From the NCBI GenBank assembly GCA_019057475.1, contig DXJO01000038.1, positions 32,001 through 96,000 of the forward strand: DNA of 64,000 nucleotides, written 5' to 3'. Shown here piece by piece: positions 59,054 to 64,000 of the stretch; position 1 is the first letter of the stretch; the number at the start of each line of letters is the position of its first letter. Under the pieces are notes generated by a model. It had not been told where the DNA came from and searched no databases. It was given only the letters and a program-made list of their open reading frames with translations. The position numbers and the translations under genes are program-made. The DNA is from Candidatus Thorarchaeota archaeon. Its GTDB lineage: Archaea > Asgardarchaeota > Thorarchaeia > Thorarchaeales > Thorarchaeaceae.

Positions 59054-59210
59054 TCGCTTCCGCTTCGTGAGTCAGAGAATGCATTGCTCTCGGAGCCAAG
59101 ATGCAAGTATTAACGTTTGCGAAGTGTGAGCTTCAACTCTGAAAAAAAAATAGTGGCATATGGAGCCCCGAATGGAGCTCTTATCTGCCTGTGATGCAAC
59201 TAGTGGCGGT

Positions 59211-59654
59211 CTACCTGTGAATGATTTCTAGGTTCTCAATTATCTTTACACAGCTGCCTTCAAGACACTGCCCAATCGGGCACGTGTTGACCGCAATCTC
59301 GAAGAGTCTCTGAACCTTCTTGTCAGCCACACCTTCCGGCACGGTCACCTTCGTGTTGATGTAGATGTCGGTGAAGGAGCTTAGTTGAGTTTCCCCATTG
59401 GTTTCATAGGTGCCTGTGATATCAGACGTCAGGTCTAGGACCTCAATTCGACCCTTGCCACACGCAATCTCGAAAATGATGTTGACACAGGAACCGATGG
59501 ATGCAAGGAACAACTTGTGAGGGGTTGTTGTTCCGGGGTGGTTCGTCAGATTCGGTGGTGCACACACAGCGGCGCTCTGGTAGCCGCCAAGTGTGATGTG
59601 ATGAATCTCAGGAACTGAGGTTCTTTCCAGTTTAGCTTTGAACATCTTTACCAT
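59211..59654 (-). CDS. OsmC/Ohr-like protein
   Basis: TTPHKLFLASIGSC..CPI two-Cys pattern. Confidence 0.8.
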   Translation of the reverse strand: MVKMFKAKLERTSVPEIHHITLGGYQSAAVCAPPNLTNHPGTTTPHKLFLASIGSCVNIIFEIACGKGRIEVLDLTSDITGTYETNGETQLSSFTDIYINTKVTVPEGVADKKVQRLFEIAVNTCPIGQCLEGSCVKIIENLEIIHR

Positions 59655-59815
59655 TGCATTTCCACTCTGTCAGATAAAACTGGCGGCAAGTGGTGTCACA
59701 TTGACGCCTCGTTACCTGTTGGCCCAATTCCTTTGCCATTTAAACTTGCAGTTACCACCCAAATACCCAATGAACGGCCATATTCTGTAACCAATTGGCT
59801 CCATTGAGTTTCCAT

Positions 59816-61147
59816 TCACTGTTCTACGTCATCAAAGGTAGCAACTCGCATGGTCGCAGGTTTCTTCTCGATGTCAGCCTTCGCAGCTCCAATCAGCAGT
59901 TTTACCTTCTTGCTGTTCGCCACGTCAACTAGGCGTTGCGTAACAACACCATCGAAAATCACGGCATCAACGGAGTCCTGTGACTCCAATGTCCTGGCTA
60001 AGTCAGCAACCCCGCATTCAACTAGGACTTTCTGATCGCTGCCAAACAGAACAGCTTTGAACGATTCCTTGACATCGGTCACCGCCTTAATGTAAGCCGC
60101 ATCTACATTCTCAGTCGACAGTCTGGGTGTTCTACCTCTTCTCGGTGTTTCAGCACGTTTAGTCGTAGTTCTCTTAGGCGCCCGAGCGTGCATAGTCCGA
60201 GTTTTATCCGGCGTCCTAGTGCGTGTGATTCTAGTCCTCCCGGTCTTTCGAAACGCCTCCTCTCTCCTGGGCTGGCGTCTTATCTTTGCAGGTGCCTTTA
60301 CCTTTCGACTACTAACAAGAGCCAAAGCTTGGTCCGCCGGTATCCTAGTCTGCAAAGCCTTAGTCACTTGACGACGTGAGAGTTCTTCGACCTCCTTTCC
60401 CTCAGGAGCCCTTGCGATGTAGTCTACATTAGCTACTTGCATTAGCTCACGAAGGATTAGATCCCCACCACGGTCCCCATCGAGGAACGCGATTGTTGTC
60501 ATTCCTCTCTTCTTTGTCAAGTCGATGACTGTTTTGGGCACACGTGTTCCCTCAACGGCGATTGTGTTGTTGATTCCCATCTTCATCAGGTTGATTATAT
60601 CCGCTCTGCCCTCAACAATGATAATCTCCTTGCTGCCAGCAAGTTCTGGACCTGCTGGAAGCTTATCCAGCCCATACTTGGCGACGTTCCTCTTGCTGGC
60701 CTTCGTGACAGCAGACGTTATCTCATCCGACCCGGGGGCTATGTCCTCTTCCCATCCTTTGAGTATGCTAATTGCCCGGCTTACAACCTTTCTACGCTTG
60801 GCACCTCGGATATCCTCAAGCTTCAACAATGTAACCTTGGCCACACAAGGGCCTACCCGATCGACGGTTTCTAGGGACGCTGCCAAGATTGCTGTGGCTG
60901 TCTTATTGAGTGATACTGGAATCACTACTTCGCCTTTACTCTTGCCGCCTTGGGATCTGATGACAATCTGAATTCTTCCAATTCTACCTGTTCGCTGAAG
61001 TTCTCTTAGGTCAAGATCCTCTCCAAGAAGTCCCTCTGTCTGTCCGAATACTGCCCCAACGACATCCGGCTTGTCGACTACCCCATCTATTTCGATCTTT
61101 GCTCTAATGACATATTTTGCCGTAGAGCTATCGAAGTCTGTACCCAT
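59816..61147 (-). CDS. dnaG: Archaeal DnaG (primase-like exosome subunit)
   Basis: DVVGAVFGQTEGLLG, VEGRAD, DGDRGG TOPRIM, DGVVTQRL. Confidence 0.96.
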   Translation of the reverse strand: MGTDFDSSTAKYVIRAKIEIDGVVDKPDVVGAVFGQTEGLLGEDLDLRELQRTGRIGRIQIVIRSQGGKSKGEVVIPVSLNKTATAILAASLETVDRVGPCVAKVTLLKLEDIRGAKRRKVVSRAISILKGWEEDIAPGSDEITSAVTKASKRNVAKYGLDKLPAGPELAGSKEIIIVEGRADIINLMKMGINNTIAVEGTRVPKTVIDLTKKRGMTTIAFLDGDRGGDLILRELMQVANVDYIARAPEGKEVEELSRRQVTKALQTRIPADQALALVSSRKVKAPAKIRRQPRREEAFRKTGRTRITRTRTPDKTRTMHARAPKRTTTKRAETPRRGRTPRLSTENVDAAYIKAVTDVKESFKAVLFGSDQKVLVECGVADLARTLESQDSVDAVIFDGVVTQRLVDVANSKKVKLLIGAAKADIEKKPATMRVATFDDVEQ

Positions 61148-61918
61148 CTATTTTCTACTCCTATTGTCTTCTCATATGATACTGCCATGTGTACGCCTCC
61201 GACTGACCGAGTCTCCGCCTAGATGGCTCGTCACAGCCTATGCTATCTCTTCACATTCCGTTTGGAATGAACTACCAACTACCGCGGCAATGATTCATGA
61301 CATTTGTGAAATGATGATTGTGATATGATAATCCCGTGAATGATGATGGTCCTTAGACCAGCGTAATGGTTTCTTACGGCTCGCTCTTGAGCCAGAGGAA
61401 CCACATGGCATTTGTAATATGATGATTTTATGATATGCAAAGTTTCACTGGAACATGTCCAGCAGTACTCTACACATAAAAAAAGGGAATGTATCTATTT
61501 GAAGCTGTCGCTGTTAACATATGGTCTTGCAATTCAAAAGCTTCCGCTTCGCCAATCGATTGCAGTTCGCGCCAATTAGCAATGCTAATAACAATCCATG
61601 TTTAGGTTCTCAAGTCCGGATTTAACACGCCCGGCCGCGAGGGCGCACTGAGATTTGCTCGATGATGTGTTGCGCAAAGGCTGGGAAACAGTCTGGATTC
61701 AGCCTGTTGAATACCATTTGGACGAGCCACAACGGACTCGTATGATAGGGATGTAAATCCTCAGATGAATCATGGGTCACCCTGGTTTCGTACATTGACA
61801 GGCCGGTCAGTGCCATAATGTCCCGGCACGAGACAGCTCAGTGGAGCCGGAGGTAACCTCTGACGCTGTGATACTGGGAGTTAGTGTGATGGGACACAGG
61901 CATTGACCACCATCGTAG

Positions 61919-62593
61919 TTAGACTTCTACAGACTCGCCGGGCTTGACAATCTCAACCTTTACTTCTGGAACTTGCTTGTTCACAAGACGCTTGAACTCC
62001 GCAGGGTCTGCCTGGATGACCGGGAAGGTGTCGTAGTGCATCGGAATCACAACGCGTGGCTTGATTAGCTCAGTAGCCGCGGCGGCCTGGTGGACATCCA
62101 TAACATAGTATGATCCAATAGGCGCAAAGAATACGTCGGGTTCATAGAGCTGTCCGAACAGCTTCATACTGGCAAACACACTAGTATCCCCTGGATGATA
62201 GAAAGTGCCACTGGGAAATCTGACGATGAAACCAGTAGGCGCTCCCACTCCACATGAATGAAACGCCTGCACCAGTGTCACGATTACACCATCAATATCC
62301 ACACTACCGCCAATGTTCAGAGTGTGAACGTTCTTGGCACCCCCCTGCTCTCGTGCTTGGATTGCCAGCTCGTTTATTGCTACGAAGTAGGCTCTGGTCT
62401 TCTTGCAGATCTCGAGCGCTTCTGAATAGCCATGGTCCCCGTGATCATGAGTGACAAGCACAATGTCCGCTTTATCTACATCTTTGACCTTCATCGGTGA
62501 GGTTGGACCATTCAACCAAGGGTCAACATATACAGTCTTGCCATCTGCTTCAACCTTGAATGAAGCGTGACCGAGATATGTAATCTTCATCAT
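61919..62593 (-). CDS. Metallo-beta-lactamase fold hydrolase (UPF0173)
   Basis: LGHAS, THDHGDH, HPGDT, PMHYDTF. Confidence 0.92.
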   Translation of the reverse strand: MMKITYLGHASFKVEADGKTVYVDPWLNGPTSPMKVKDVDKADIVLVTHDHGDHGYSEALEICKKTRAYFVAINELAIQAREQGGAKNVHTLNIGGSVDIDGVIVTLVQAFHSCGVGAPTGFIVRFPSGTFYHPGDTSVFASMKLFGQLYEPDVFFAPIGSYYVMDVHQAAAATELIKPRVVIPMHYDTFPVIQADPAEFKRLVNKQVPEVKVEIVKPGESVEV

Positions 62594-62750
62594 ATCATTC
62601 CCTGAATTATTCTAGGTCCATACTTGAGCAGTTTCTTACTTCAATGCTTTGGCTTGTTCGATACGTTGCGCAAGTGTTGATGGCGTGCGTCATTTGCGGC
62701 CATCAAGCAGCTTTAAGACCGCGCCTGAGGCCGGCTGCATGATTATTCAC

Positions 62751-63647
62751 ATGACAATTCGTCCGACTCCAGATTTCATTAAGGCTGGAGCTATTGCCGC
62801 AAGGGTTCTGAGTGAAGTCGTTAAAGAAGTCCGACCGGGTGTGAAGGTCATTAGGATTTGCCAGCTGGCTGAACATAAGATAGCAGAGTATGGGGGCAAA
62901 CCAGCCTTTCCCTGCAATGTTTCGATAGATGATGAGGCTGCTCATTACACCAGTCCCCATGGGGACAAGAAGGTGTTTCCGGACAAAGGGCTCGTCAAGG
63001 TGGACCTAGGGGCGCACGTGAATGGTCATCTATCTGATACAGCAATAACAGTAGACCTAGATGGATCTTACGAGAAATTTGTCACAGCAGCCAAAAATGC
63101 TCTTGAGAGGGCAATCGAGGTGATTGAACCTGGTGTGAAGCTTGGAGAGGTAGGCGCAGTCATCGAGAGAGAGATAAAGAAACATGGTCTACGTCCGGTC
63201 CACCAACTCTCAGGACATCAACTGAAGCCTTGGATGCTTCACGCAGGAAAAACTGTGCCAAATGTTGGCATGCGAAGAAGCGAGAGGATGAACCTTGGCG
63301 AAACCTTCGCAATCGAACCCTTCTCCACCGACGGCAATGGAACAGTCAAGGGCAGTAAGGATGCATACATCTTTTCGAATATCATGTCCAGCAAGAAGAA
63401 GCTGGACCGCCTGTCTGCACAGATTTGTACCATAGCTCGGCGCAAATTCGGAACACTACCCTGGGCAGTAAGATGGCTAAACGACAAAAAGATAGACGTC
63501 ACAGCAGCTCTTCACTCCCTCCTAAAGGCTGGTGTCATCAGAGCCTATCCTGTCCTGCTCGAAGGCAAGAGCGGCATGGTCGCCCAGTTCGAACACACGA
63601 TTTTTGTCGCGGAGGAAGGGGCGATTGTTACAACTCTGCCCAATTGA
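62751..63647 (+). CDS. map: Methionine aminopeptidase type II
   Basis: AFPCN..AAHY, KVDLGAHVNG..SDTA, GH, AIEPF, QFEHT. Confidence 0.93.
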   Translation: MTIRPTPDFIKAGAIAARVLSEVVKEVRPGVKVIRICQLAEHKIAEYGGKPAFPCNVSIDDEAAHYTSPHGDKKVFPDKGLVKVDLGAHVNGHLSDTAITVDLDGSYEKFVTAAKNALERAIEVIEPGVKLGEVGAVIEREIKKHGLRPVHQLSGHQLKPWMLHAGKTVPNVGMRRSERMNLGETFAIEPFSTDGNGTVKGSKDAYIFSNIMSSKKKLDRLSAQICTIARRKFGTLPWAVRWLNDKKIDVTAALHSLLKAGVIRAYPVLLEGKSGMVAQFEHTIFVAEEGAIVTTLPN

Positions 63648-63712
63648 CAGTAGATAGCGTGTTCAAAGAACTTCTTAAGAGCGCGACACGAACCACTTCT
63701 GCGTGCACATCA

Positions 63713-64000
63713 ATGAATGCAAGACCTAGTCCTGCTCAAGTGAAGGCGGGCAAGATCGCAGCCAGGGTCCTTCAAGAAGCCTGTCATGAGGTGAAGCCGG
63801 GGGCTTTGGTCCGCACAATCTGCAGCACTGCAGAGAAGAAGATAATCAAATATGGCGGCAGCCCTGCCTTCCCATGTAATATTTGCATAGACCAGATCGC
63901 TGCACACTACACATCACCCAAAGATGATCGGGTCAAAATCCCTGATTCTGGTCTAGTGAAGGTTGACATCGGCGTGCACGTCGATGGATACATCGCCGAT
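63713..64000 (+). CDS. map: Second methionine aminopeptidase paralog (3'-truncated by the window edge)
   Basis: MNARPSPAQVKAGKIAARVL..PAFPCNIC..AAHYTSP..VKVDIGVHVDGYIAD. Confidence 0.9.
   Translation, partial: MNARPSPAQVKAGKIAARVLQEACHEVKPGALVRTICSTAEKKIIKYGGSPAFPCNICIDQIAAHYTSPKDDRVKIPDSGLVKVDIGVHVDGYIAD

Overview
Archaeal chromosomal window. The informational genes (L15e, S6e, S24e, S27ae, aIF2-gamma, RpoE', Spt4, pelota, Rpp30/Pop5, archaeal DnaG) are clearly archaeal. The gene mix, including HdrABC/MvhD, a tungsten AOR and a reductive-dehalogenase-like gene, is suggestive of an Asgard archaeon such as Thorarchaeia, but this is inference only. About 21-34 kb and 39-64 kb are mostly housekeeping and energy genes. 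The accessory part holds the main findings. (1) A ~13.6 kb island (2571-16155) is bounded by a ~273-bp direct repeat derived from the 3' end (probable omega-RNA region) of a TnpB with a Fanzor-type rearranged RuvC site. The island carries seven paralogous winged-helix genes, two fused to effector domains (a PD-(D/E)xK nuclease and an NDT/TIR-like domain), plus a HEPN/DUF4145-like protein and a 1646-aa nuclease-containing giant protein. Together these are a candidate undescribed defence or mobile system. (2) A probable unannotated 229-nt structured RNA with its own TATA box and U-rich terminator. (3) Single-gene cassettes bounded by repeated 3' ends of mvhD and, separately, of an intron-containing initiator tRNA-Met, including a decayed intron-less tRNA copy. 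(4) A shared K-turn-like leader motif upstream of two ribosomal-protein operons. All calls are by eye from motifs; no database search was run.
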